A DNA stretch of 64,000 nt, taken from assembly GCA_039804105.1 (NCBI GenBank), contig JBDRZU010000001.1, forward strand, positions 736,001 through 800,000. Reading direction: 5' to 3'. The position numbers and the translations under genes are program-made. Of the stretch, positions 9,005 to 17,955 are shown one piece after another (the first letter of the stretch is position 1; every line of letters begins with the position of its first letter). The notes below the pieces were generated by a model. That model was not told where the DNA came from and searched no databases. It saw only the letters and a program-made list of their open reading frames with translations. Source of the DNA: a candidate division WOR-3 bacterium (lineage in GTDB: Bacteria; Hydrothermota; 32-111).

Positions 9005-10798
9005 TTATTTCTCAGGATAGACATTTAACGCTTTAATCCATTTTTTTAACTTCTCTACCCTTTCATTATCATTTTCAGGCAGATTGAAAGGTCTTCTTCC
9101 CCTTGCATCAACTATAACCCCAACAACTCCACCTTCAAGTTCCGCTTCTATCTCTTTACCTTTACCATTTCCAAGATCGAGCCCTTTTGATGGAGTGATA
9201 ATCGCTTTCACCTTTTTGTTGAGTTCAAGTGGAATAACTCCCATATCTCCAAAATTGAAACTGTATTCTTTTCCTTCAAATTTTATTTTTACAGCTTCCT
9301 GCCCTTCTTTTATGTTTCCTATCGGTGCAATACATGAACCCAACCTTATCAAACAATCCTTTTCAAAAACTTCAGTTGCTGCCTGTTCATGGACTGTTGA
9401 CAGAACACCAAGTTGTGGCATCATGAATATTGAATCAACAGTTAACATCGTTATCCCTTCAGGTAAAAAAGCATCTATCATCATCAAAGCTGACTGCACT
9501 CTTCTTGGAGCATGAGAAAGAACACCACCTGAACCAACGATTAGATTCAGTGTCAGCATGTTCACAAGCGTTTCACCTGTACTCGTTTGTTCGAAAGCAT
9601 CGGAAATTGTTCTTTCCTTCTGGACTCCCTTTAAACCAACAGCCATCGTCTTATGTTGTTCTAATGCCAATCTTAATGCTTCTCTTGATATCGCCTGTTC
9701 TATCTGTAATTCATCAAGAGTTGATGGAATGGTTGTTGGTCTTATCATCTTATTTCTTATTCTGTTCCTCAAATCCTTTTCATCCATATGAAATGGAACC
9801 CATCTCATTATATTTTTTAAACCTGCTTCTTTCACAACATTTGATATAGAGTAACTCATTCCCAGGTTTGCTGAAACTGTTCTATTGAAAGTGTTTTGGA
9901 AATAGGAGAATACATCTGTTGTTGCTCCACCTATATCAACACCAAGAACTTCTATCTTATCCCTTTTACCAATCGTTTCTATCAAAAGTCCAACAGCACC
10001 AGGTGTTGGCATAATTGGTACATCAGTCATATCCATAAGTTTTTTGTATCCAGGTGCCTGAGCCATCACATGTTCCATAAAAAGATCATGTATCTTATCT
10101 CTTGCTGGCTTCAAATTTTCTTTTTCAAGTGTTGGTCTTAGATTTTCAACTATGTAAAGTGCTGTTTTCTTTTCAAGTCGTTCTTTTATTTCTTCAACAG
10201 CTTTATTGTTTCCAGCATATATAACAGGGAGTTTGTATCCAGCACCAAATCTTGGTTTCGGATCAGCTGCCTGTATAATCTCTGCGAGTTGAACAACATG
10301 TGTTATAGTCCCTCCGTCGGTTCCACCTGAAAGAAGTATCATATCGGGTCTTAAGGTTCTGATCCTTTTTATCCTCTCATGATCCATTCTCTTATCGTTT
10401 GTTGCTATAACATCCATCACTATTGAACCAGCACCGAGTGCTGCTCTTGCTGCTGATTCTGCTGACATTTTATCCACAACACCGGCAACCATCATCTGTA
10501 AACCACCACCTGCTGATGATGTTGAGATATAGATATCTACACCATCACCTTCTGCTTTCTCTCTCTTTATTATTTTGTCTCCATCAAGAATTTTTATCTC
10601 AGCAAGTTCTTCAACCTCTTTTATAGCGTTGAGAACACCTTTTGTAACATCCTCATAAGGTGCCTCAACCGTTGTTGGTGCTTCACCTCTAACTATCAAA
10701 CGATACTCATTATCTCTTTTCTCTATTAAAATAGCTTTAGTTGTGGTGGATCCACAATCGGTTGCAAGTATTCGTGTGATTTGATCCTTCTCTTTCAT
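9005..10798 (-). CDS. GlmL/MutL (glutamate mutase L)-family ASKHA-fold ATPase
   Basis: ILATDCGSTTTKA (phosphate 1), SSAGGGL, ALGAG, LLSGGTDGG, IMPTP, VDIGGATTDV (phosphate 2), RTVSANLGM. Confidence 0.8.
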   Translation of the reverse strand: MKEKDQITRILATDCGSTTTKAILIEKRDNEYRLIVRGEAPTTVEAPYEDVTKGVLNAIKEVEELAEIKILDGDKIIKREKAEGDGVDIYISTSSAGGGLQMMVAGVVDKMSAESAARAALGAGSIVMDVIATNDKRMDHERIKRIRTLRPDMILLSGGTDGGTITHVVQLAEIIQAADPKPRFGAGYKLPVIYAGNNKAVEEIKERLEKKTALYIVENLRPTLEKENLKPARDKIHDLFMEHVMAQAPGYKKLMDMTDVPIMPTPGAVGLLIETIGKRDKIEVLGVDIGGATTDVFSYFQNTFNRTVSANLGMSYSISNVVKEAGLKNIMRWVPFHMDEKDLRNRIRNKMIRPTTIPSTLDELQIEQAISREALRLALEQHKTMAVGLKGVQKERTISDAFEQTSTGETLVNMLTLNLIVGSGGVLSHAPRRVQSALMMIDAFLPEGITMLTVDSIFMMPQLGVLSTVHEQAATEVFEKDCLIRLGSCIAPIGNIKEGQEAVKIKFEGKEYSFNFGDMGVIPLELNKKVKAIITPSKGLDLGNGKGKEIEAELEGGVVGVIVDARGRRPFNLPENDNERVEKLKKWIKALNVYPEK

Positions 10799-11127
10799 TT
10801 ATCCTCCTTAATATCCTTCTTGTTTCTCTTATTTGTATTTTCAAATTCCTCAATATATTTTATTAGTTTCTCAACAGAATCTCTTTCTTCAAAAATCAAA
10901 GATGCTTCACGGTATTCAGATATGTTGAAAAATGTTAAAATAATTGGTTCCAAAAATATCATTATCTGAGCACTTATAAAATTCATAGGTTTTATCGATT
11001 CCAGAAACATTATCGCTGGAGCGGTTAATCCCCTTTTGACTATACTTACTGCAATCTTTTTTAGAATCTCCTCTTTTCTTTCAAGAGGTATCTCTTTCGG
11101 ACTTACAGGCTGAAAACTCTTATCCAT
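10795..11127 (-). CDS. Small conserved hypothetical protein
   Basis: Overlaps both neighbours; IVKRGLTAPAIMFLESIKPMNFISAQ; start taken at MDKSF. Confidence 0.7.
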   Translation of the reverse strand: MDKSFQPVSPKEIPLERKEEILKKIAVSIVKRGLTAPAIMFLESIKPMNFISAQIMIFLEPIILTFFNISEYREASLIFEERDSVEKLIKYIEEFENTNKRNKKDIKEDK

Positions 11128-12571
11128 TATTTTCCCTATACCAGTTAACATAAAGATTTTTTAAAGCGTATATATCATCAGGTCTTGAAACTGGAGTGTT
11201 TGATGGAGCATTTTTAACTTTTTCGGGTTCATTTTTTGCTTCCTCATCTATTCTTTTCATCGCTTCGATAAAACCATCAAGAGTTTCTTTTGATTCAGTT
11301 TCTGTTGGTTCAATCATGATCGCCTCAGAAACTATAAGCGGGAAATAAACTGTTGGTGCATGGAATCCATAATCGAGCAGACGTTTTGCTATATCGAGTG
11401 TTGTTATATTGTAGTCCTTTTTATGCTTTCTTCCACTGAAAACGACCTCGTGCATCGTTTCTGTCTTATATGGTAAATCGTATATATCCTGAAGTTTTCT
11501 TTTTATATAGTTTGCATTCACTATCGCCATCTGAGTTGCTTCAGTAAGTCCATCTCTTCCCATTATTTTCAAATATGCCCATGCTCTCACCATTATGTTA
11601 ACATTACCATAAAAAGAATGCAATGAACCTATCGAGTTTTTAGGATAATCAAGGTAATATTTCCCATTTTCAAATTTCACAATGTATGGTGGTAAAAATT
11701 CTTTCAACTTTTCAACAACTGCAACACCACCAGCACCAGGTCCACCACCTCCATGTGGTGTCGAAAATGTTTTATGCAGATTCAGATGCAGAATATCAAA
11801 ACCTATTTTACCTGGTTTGACGATTCCCATCAAAGCGTTCATGTTTGCACCGTCCATATATATCAGGCCACCTTTACCATGAACTATTTCGGAAATCTTT
11901 TCTATTTTACTTTCAAAAATTCCTAAAGTGTTGGGATTCGTTATCATTATTCCTGCAGTATCTTCATCCATGTTTTTTTCAAGATCCTCAAGATCTATCT
12001 CTCCTGAACTGTCCGATTTGATCTGCACTGATCTAAATCCTGATAGAGTTGCTGAAGCAGGATTCGTTCCGTGTGCTGAATCTGGAATAAGAATTTTTGT
12101 TCTTTTTTCACCTTTACTTTTAAAGTAATCACTTATTATCATCATTCCAGCGAATTCTCCATGAGCACCTGCAACTGGCTGTAGAGAAATTCCATCAAAA
12201 CCTGTAACCTTCAAAAGCATATCCTGTAATTCATACATTATTTCAAGTATACCCTGAACATCCTCTTCATCCTGATATGGATGAAGTTTTGTAAATTTTG
12301 GATTTGAAGAGATCTCCTCATTTACAACAGGATTATATTTCATCGTACATGATCCTAACGGATAAAAACCTTTCTGAAGATGATGGTTTTTATTTGATAA
12401 CAAAACAAAATGTCTTAAAACATCAATTTCAGATACTACTGGTAGATTTAAATCCTGATTTCTAAGATTTTCCTTGATACAATCTGAAACCTCAATTGGG
12501 AAACTATTTTCAGGTAAAGAGACGATATTTGAATTTTCATCTGATAATTTAAATATCAATTTATCGTACAT
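11120..12571 (-). CDS. gcvPB: Glycine dehydrogenase (decarboxylating) subunit 2
   Basis: YPLGSCTMKYNP, SAHGTNPASA, LNLHKTFSTPHGGGGPG (PLP lysine), IEPTETESKETLD. Confidence 0.95.
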   Translation of the reverse strand: MYDKLIFKLSDENSNIVSLPENSFPIEVSDCIKENLRNQDLNLPVVSEIDVLRHFVLLSNKNHHLQKGFYPLGSCTMKYNPVVNEEISSNPKFTKLHPYQDEEDVQGILEIMYELQDMLLKVTGFDGISLQPVAGAHGEFAGMMIISDYFKSKGEKRTKILIPDSAHGTNPASATLSGFRSVQIKSDSSGEIDLEDLEKNMDEDTAGIMITNPNTLGIFESKIEKISEIVHGKGGLIYMDGANMNALMGIVKPGKIGFDILHLNLHKTFSTPHGGGGPGAGGVAVVEKLKEFLPPYIVKFENGKYYLDYPKNSIGSLHSFYGNVNIMVRAWAYLKIMGRDGLTEATQMAIVNANYIKRKLQDIYDLPYKTETMHEVVFSGRKHKKDYNITTLDIAKRLLDYGFHAPTVYFPLIVSEAIMIEPTETESKETLDGFIEAMKRIDEEAKNEPEKVKNAPSNTPVSRPDDIYALKNLYVNWYRENNG

Positions 12572-12600
12572 AATCTGCTCCTTAAATTTTTTAAAGAATT

Positions 12601-12629
12601 ATTTTATATTATTAAGATAATAATGTCAA
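12601..12629 (-). promoter_or_regulatory. Sigma70-type promoter of the gcvPB operon
   Basis: TTGACA-17 bp-TAAAAT on minus strand. Confidence 0.7.
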
Positions 12630-12663
12630 CATTTTAATTTTTAAAAAAAGTAAAAAATTTTTA

Positions 12664-12691
12664 TTGAAAAAAAAATCGATTTTGTTATAAT
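12664..12691 (+). promoter_or_regulatory. Divergent sigma70-type promoter
   Basis: TTGAAA-16 bp-TATAAT with extended TG; GGAGG SD before ATG 12720. Confidence 0.6.
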
Positions 12692-12719
12692 CAATTCGGG
12701 GAAAATTTGGGAGGAAAAT

Positions 12720-13490
12720 ATGAAAAAAATCTTGATCACAATTCTTGTAATTATAACAGTTCAAGTGCTGTTCTCTTATGATTACTATTTACAAAACGAT
12801 GATGGAACTTTCAATTACTTCTGGTATGGGAATGTCAGAAGAGCATCAAAGTATTATGTTTCAGACACTTGTACCTTGAAAATGGTTTATTGGGGAAGAT
12901 ATACCAAACGAACAGAAATCGACACGATATTGATTTTTAACGACAATTCTGGTTTCCCTGGAAATGTGATTTACAGTGATACACATGCGGTAAACACTAA
13001 CAGCACACCTATGATAGTTTCAGATACAGTGTCAACCCAAGTGCTGGTATGCGGAACATTCTATGTGGGAATGTATGCGAGATGTCAGGATCAACCAGCA
13101 AACGCTTTGTGTTACTTTTTGTCAGATTCCACTCCTTCTTTTAAAACATTCTGGGATAGCACAGGAACATGGGTGGTTCAAACAAGAGGAGATTATATAA
13201 TTCATGCAAAAGTTTCTGGTCCATACGGTATAAGTTTAAGATTGTATGAAGAAAATATTCTTGGAGAAAAAGGAACAAAGAGTAATTTCAGTTTTCTTGT
13301 CAATGAAAATTCAGTTGTATTAAACAATATTAGAAGTTTTACTATAATAGATAAAAATGGAAGAAAAATACTCGATGGTATTTCAAAAAATGTTGTACTC
13401 GATTTAACAAAATTTAAAAGTGGTATTTATTTTCTTGTAGTAAAAGATCTACACAATCAAACACATAAAAAGAAGTTAATAAAATTCTAA
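12720..13490 (+). CDS. Secreted protein with T9SS type-A-like C-terminal sorting domain
   Basis: Signal peptide; C-terminus IIDKNGRKI...LDLTKFKSGIYFLVVK...KKKLIKF. Confidence 0.7.
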   Translation: MKKILITILVIITVQVLFSYDYYLQNDDGTFNYFWYGNVRRASKYYVSDTCTLKMVYWGRYTKRTEIDTILIFNDNSGFPGNVIYSDTHAVNTNSTPMIVSDTVSTQVLVCGTFYVGMYARCQDQPANALCYFLSDSTPSFKTFWDSTGTWVVQTRGDYIIHAKVSGPYGISLRLYEENILGEKGTKSNFSFLVNENSVVLNNIRSFTIIDKNGRKILDGISKNVVLDLTKFKSGIYFLVVKDLHNQTHKKKLIKF

Positions 13491-13532
13491 ATAAAATTCT
13501 CTTAATCAAAAATATTTAAAATTTACAATTGA

Positions 13533-13560
13533 GAAAACGCCCTCTAAAGAGGGCGTTTTC
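13533..13560. terminator. Hairpin between convergent genes, probably an intrinsic terminator
   Basis: GAAAACGCCCTCT-AA-AGAGGGCGTTTTC perfect inverted repeat. Confidence 0.8.
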
Positions 13561-13584
13561 GGGAGGGGGTTGAGGAAGATAGAA

Positions 13585-15501
13585 TTAGGGGATTATCGTT
13601 ATCTTTTTTGCACTTTTTTCAAAACCTGTTTGAAGAATCACGAGATATATCCCGGGAGAAACTTTATTTCCACTTGAACCTATATTTCCATTTAAAAAAG
13701 CACCGTTCAAATTTGGTACTCCGTTCCATTCAAAACCCCTGTTATAAACTCCAGGAAGTACATTTTCTTTTTCCGCATAATATACAAGTTTACCATCAAG
13801 TGTGTAAATGTATAACATAAGATTCGATATCTTTCTTTTGATCTCAAAAGGAATTATTAGAGTTCCCGTTTTTAAAGAATATGGATTTGGATAAGGGGGA
13901 AGTAATCTACTTGAATTTATCTCGTAAACATCCTCAGTGTCAGCATACATCACTGCTTTATAAAAATCTGGAACTCCATAACCAACGATCTGATTCGGGT
14001 ATTCTGAAAAATATGTTGTATCAGGTATCAAGGAAGCAAATGGCTTTTTTGCTGTTTTTGTTAGTGCCTCTTTCACTTTTGCAGGTGTCCAGTCAGGATG
14101 TGCCTGCAAAAGAAGAGCACAACCTGCACTCACGAGTGCAGTTGATCCACTCGTTCCAAGTATATAATTAAATGAGTTCGAACTATCAGATACAGTGTAA
14201 GGCCATTCAGCCAACGCAACAACTTCAGGTTTATATCTTTCAATTGTTGAATCAAGGTAAACATCATATGTCGGACCAGTCACAGAATATTGAGAATATA
14301 CCATCGAATCATCGACTCCACCAACAGTTAAAACAGAATATGCATCTGCGGGTGCAATGATTGAAGTATCAGCTCTATCGATACCAACATTCTGTAAATT
14401 CCCGATAGCGTTTACAACAAGTATTCCAAAAGAATCTGCCGCTATGTTCGCTGCCTTTGAAATTTTTGTTGAATCACCTGTCATAACAGAATATGGATAC
14501 CAATCCTTATATCCAACAGAACTTGAAATTATATCCGCTCCTAAAGAATCAGCCCATTCGACTGCTGCAATCCAGTTATCCTCTTCTGAAACGATTTCAG
14601 AATCTGCTATCTCAGTCTTCGCTATAATATAAGAAGCACCAAACGCTGGTGAAATCAACTCTCCCGAATAATAAGAAGCCATAAGACCAAGCATTTTGGT
14701 CCCGTGACTCAATTGGTTTATTTCATCAGGAGAACCACCATAAACTATTCCAGCAAAATCTTTGTTCTCAATAAAGTCATAGGATGCAATGATATTCACA
14801 TCCTTTAAAGCTCTATGAATAGGTTTACCTGTATATATAAAGGTTGTTTCAAAAGGTATTGAGGAAGAATCTATAACCATCGATGAATCTTTCAACATTA
14901 AAACACCTGTATCAAAAAGTGCGATTACAACATCTTTCCCGGTGTATCCTTTGTTGTGTAGAGTGTTAACATTCAACATTTTTATCTGATTATAAGAGTA
15001 ATCACCATAATAGTAAACATCATCGGTTTTAATATTTTTGAAACTTTTACTTTTCACAGCATCTTTTATAAGAAAATCTTTTTTCTTCTTTATTGAAGAT
15101 ACTGGTGATATCGATTTTACAAATGAAAGTTGTGACAATTTTTCTATATCCTCTTTTTCAACATAGATTGAAACAGCGTTAAGCCATTTTGAAACTTTTT
15201 CAACTTTATAACCTTTATTTTCGAGAATCGAAATATACTTTTGACTAACAGGAAGATCAAGATATCTGTACTCAGGTAGATTTTTGTTTCTTCTTCTCTT
15301 TTTCGATTTTTCAGTTACATAGGAAGTATTGCTTTTAAAATAATTAGCCATATTTTCTTTCGTGTTTATCCCCTTATCTTTAAAAAACACCCATACTTTC
15401 ACTTTGCCTGAAATTTTCGCTTCGTTTGAGAAAATGTTAATGGGAAATGAACAAAAAACAAAAACGAGAAAAATCAAAATGTATAAATAATTTTTTTTCA
15501 T
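13585..15501 (-). CDS. Secreted S8 (subtilisin-like) serine peptidase with C-terminal FlgD-Ig/T9SS-like domain
   Basis: ALFDTG, HGTKM and GTS catalytic motifs; I9-like propeptide; C-terminal YPNP...IYTLDGKLV...PGIYLV; start set at MKKNY after AGGAG. Confidence 0.9.
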   Translation of the reverse strand: MKKNYLYILIFLVFVFCSFPINIFSNEAKISGKVKVWVFFKDKGINTKENMANYFKSNTSYVTEKSKKRRRNKNLPEYRYLDLPVSQKYISILENKGYKVEKVSKWLNAVSIYVEKEDIEKLSQLSFVKSISPVSSIKKKKDFLIKDAVKSKSFKNIKTDDVYYYGDYSYNQIKMLNVNTLHNKGYTGKDVVIALFDTGVLMLKDSSMVIDSSSIPFETTFIYTGKPIHRALKDVNIIASYDFIENKDFAGIVYGGSPDEINQLSHGTKMLGLMASYYSGELISPAFGASYIIAKTEIADSEIVSEEDNWIAAVEWADSLGADIISSSVGYKDWYPYSVMTGDSTKISKAANIAADSFGILVVNAIGNLQNVGIDRADTSIIAPADAYSVLTVGGVDDSMVYSQYSVTGPTYDVYLDSTIERYKPEVVALAEWPYTVSDSSNSFNYILGTSGSTALVSAGCALLLQAHPDWTPAKVKEALTKTAKKPFASLIPDTTYFSEYPNQIVGYGVPDFYKAVMYADTEDVYEINSSRLLPPYPNPYSLKTGTLIIPFEIKRKISNLMLYIYTLDGKLVYYAEKENVLPGVYNRGFEWNGVPNLNGAFLNGNIGSSGNKVSPGIYLVILQTGFEKSAKKITIIP

Positions 15502-15556
15502 AAAATTTTCTCCTTTAAAAATCATAACAGAAGAATATAAAATTTCAAGAATATTT

Positions 15557-16828
15557 TCAACCCTTAAAAATTCTTAAAAGATCGTTAAAGGTAACAAGTA
15601 TAATCAAACTGAAAAGAATAAATATTCCAACATACTGATATATCTGCATAAACTTTTTATTTGCTTTAATCTTTGTTATAAGTTCAAAAATATAGATCAA
15701 AATATATGAACCATCAAGTGGAGGGAATGGAATCAGATTGAATATAAAAAGGTTGATCGAAAAGAATGCGAGAAAAGATAAAAAAGTTTCAAAACCTATT
15801 TTTAATGTCTGATCTGTCATCGTGTATATTGAAACTGGTCCACCCAAATTTTTTAATGCCATTTTCCCCATAAACATTTGTTGTAAAAATTTTAATATCG
15901 ATAAAGATATAATTTTTACTCGATCAAAAGTAAGTTTTAGAGAATTAACAAAATCAACTTTTTTCGTTTCATAAGAAAACCCAATTCCAAGAAAACCATA
16001 CTCTTTGAATTCTCCAGAAACACTATCTTTTCTAATCTCAGGTTTCACTTTCAAAAGGAGAGTGTCATTTCCTCTTAAAATCAAAAAATCCATTTCCTCT
16101 TTGTAATGGTATTTCATAACTTCGGAGATATCCTGCCATGCAATAATGTTGAAATCATCTATTTTTATTATTCTATCACCTTTTCTGATCCCATACTTTG
16201 AAGCAGATGAATTTTCATTAACTAACCCTACAACAGGAGGAAATTGAGGTGTTATAAAAAGTGAATCGGGTTTATCGAGTTTAAATTTTATTTCAACTTT
16301 TTCATCATTTCTTAAAACTTTAAAAACATTCTCTTTATCAGGTATCAGATTTATAAAAATATCGTTAAAACTTTTTACTTCTGTTCCATTAACGCTTATG
16401 ATAAGGTCATTTTTGTTAAAATAATCTTTATAGGGACCAGATACATCATATAATGGAGTATTTTCAATATTCGTTACTCCATAAAAATAAACTGTTATAA
16501 AAATGATCAAAAAAGCAAAAATAAAATTAAAAAATGGACCTGAAAATATCACAAGAATCCTTTTTATAGGATTTTTATTCATGAAATCATCCTGATCCCG
16601 TTCTTTACTCTCAAAATCTTCCATTCCTTTTAATCTCACATATCCACCAAAAGGGAGTATTGAGAAAACATATTCTGTTTCATTTTTCTTGAATCCAAAA
16701 AGTTTTTTACCTAAACCAACTGAAAATGTTAAAACTCCAACTCTAAAGATTTTTGCAACTATGAAATGACCAAACTCATGAACTATAACCATTATTCCTA
16801 AAGTTAAAACCATTATTAAAAAACTCAT
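15557..16828 (-). CDS. rseP: RIP metalloprotease RseP
   Basis: HEFGH, PDZ domains, NLIPFPPLDG; context next to dxr. Confidence 0.93.
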   Translation of the reverse strand: MSFLIMVLTLGIMVIVHEFGHFIVAKIFRVGVLTFSVGLGKKLFGFKKNETEYVFSILPFGGYVRLKGMEDFESKERDQDDFMNKNPIKRILVIFSGPFFNFIFAFLIIFITVYFYGVTNIENTPLYDVSGPYKDYFNKNDLIISVNGTEVKSFNDIFINLIPDKENVFKVLRNDEKVEIKFKLDKPDSLFITPQFPPVVGLVNENSSASKYGIRKGDRIIKIDDFNIIAWQDISEVMKYHYKEEMDFLILRGNDTLLLKVKPEIRKDSVSGEFKEYGFLGIGFSYETKKVDFVNSLKLTFDRVKIISLSILKFLQQMFMGKMALKNLGGPVSIYTMTDQTLKIGFETFLSFLAFFSINLFIFNLIPFPPLDGSYILIYIFELITKIKANKKFMQIYQYVGIFILFSLIILVTFNDLLRIFKG

Positions 16829-17955
16829 ACTTTTTCTCCAAATATTTCTGTTAATTTTTTCGCTTCAATCTCACTTTTTTGAATATTTTCAATAGTTACT
16901 TTTTTTACAAAGTTTATGTTTTTCATAACTTTTTCAATCAGATCAACTATTTGATTGAATTTTATTTTACCTTTTGTGAAAAGTTCTACAGCCTTTTCAT
17001 TTGAAGCGTTGAATACTGCAGGCATATTGCCACCTTTTTCAATAGCCATATAAGCAAGTTTTAATGATTTATATTTTTCAGGTGGAGCTGGATGGAATGA
17101 AAAATCGATTTTCATTTTTTCGTCCAATAAATCTATAGATGGTGTTTCTGCCCTATCTGGATGTAGCAAAGCATACTCTATGGGTAAAACCATATCTGGT
17201 TGTGCCATATGACAAATATATGTGCCATCTTTTAAAAGAACGATAGCATGTACCAAAGAGTTTGGATGAATCATTACTCCAACCATTTCGGGTTTGAGAT
17301 CAAACAGTCTGCATGCTTCGATTATCTCAAGTCCTTTGTTTACCATAGTTGATGAGTCAACTGTAACTTTAACTCCCATATTCCATACAGGATGTTTTAA
17401 AACCTCTTCTATGGTTAAATCATCCTTATTCATTTTGAAAGGAACACCACCAGATGCAGTTATATAACATTTTTTAATTTTTTTTCGATCAACAAACGAT
17501 AAAAGTTGCCATAAAGCTGAATGTTCTGAATCTATAGGTTTTATTAAGGATCTTTTGTGTTTTTTCAATTCTTTTTTTATTATATCACCATACGAAACTA
17601 TAGTTTCCTTATTTGCGAGTGCTATGTTCTTTCCCCTCTTGATTCCAAAATATGTTGGGAAAAAACCTATTGAACCTACAAGAGCATTTAAAACTATGTC
17701 ATAATCAAGATTTTTGACAAAATAAGAGTTAACATCCTCTTTTATATTCCTTTTTCTTTTTCCCTCATAGATTAGTGATTCGTTATAAAGACCAATATTT
17801 TTGACTGAAAACTCTTCAGATATTTTAATAAGTTGTTCTTTATTTTTATTTGCGGTTATTCCAACAATTTTGAATTTCTCAGGATACTTTTTTACAACTT
17901 TGAGTGCACTTTTTCCAATTGAGCCAGTTGCTCCAAGAATCAGAATCTTTTTCAC
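16825..17955 (-). CDS. dxr: 1-deoxy-D-xylulose-5-phosphate reductoisomerase
   Basis: ILGATGSIG, LANKE, PIDSEHSA, TASGG, NKGLE. Confidence 0.95.
   Translation of the reverse strand: MKKILILGATGSIGKSALKVVKKYPEKFKIVGITANKNKEQLIKISEEFSVKNIGLYNESLIYEGKRKRNIKEDVNSYFVKNLDYDIVLNALVGSIGFFPTYFGIKRGKNIALANKETIVSYGDIIKKELKKHKRSLIKPIDSEHSALWQLLSFVDRKKIKKCYITASGGVPFKMNKDDLTIEEVLKHPVWNMGVKVTVDSSTMVNKGLEIIEACRLFDLKPEMVGVMIHPNSLVHAIVLLKDGTYICHMAQPDMVLPIEYALLHPDRAETPSIDLLDEKMKIDFSFHPAPPEKYKSLKLAYMAIEKGGNMPAVFNASNEKAVELFTKGKIKFNQIVDLIEKVMKNINFVKKVTIENIQKSEIEAKKLTEIFGEKV

Noticed and set aside
9005..10798. DNA mismatch repair MutL
   Set aside because: Name coincidence only; the motifs are ASKHA-type, not GHKL
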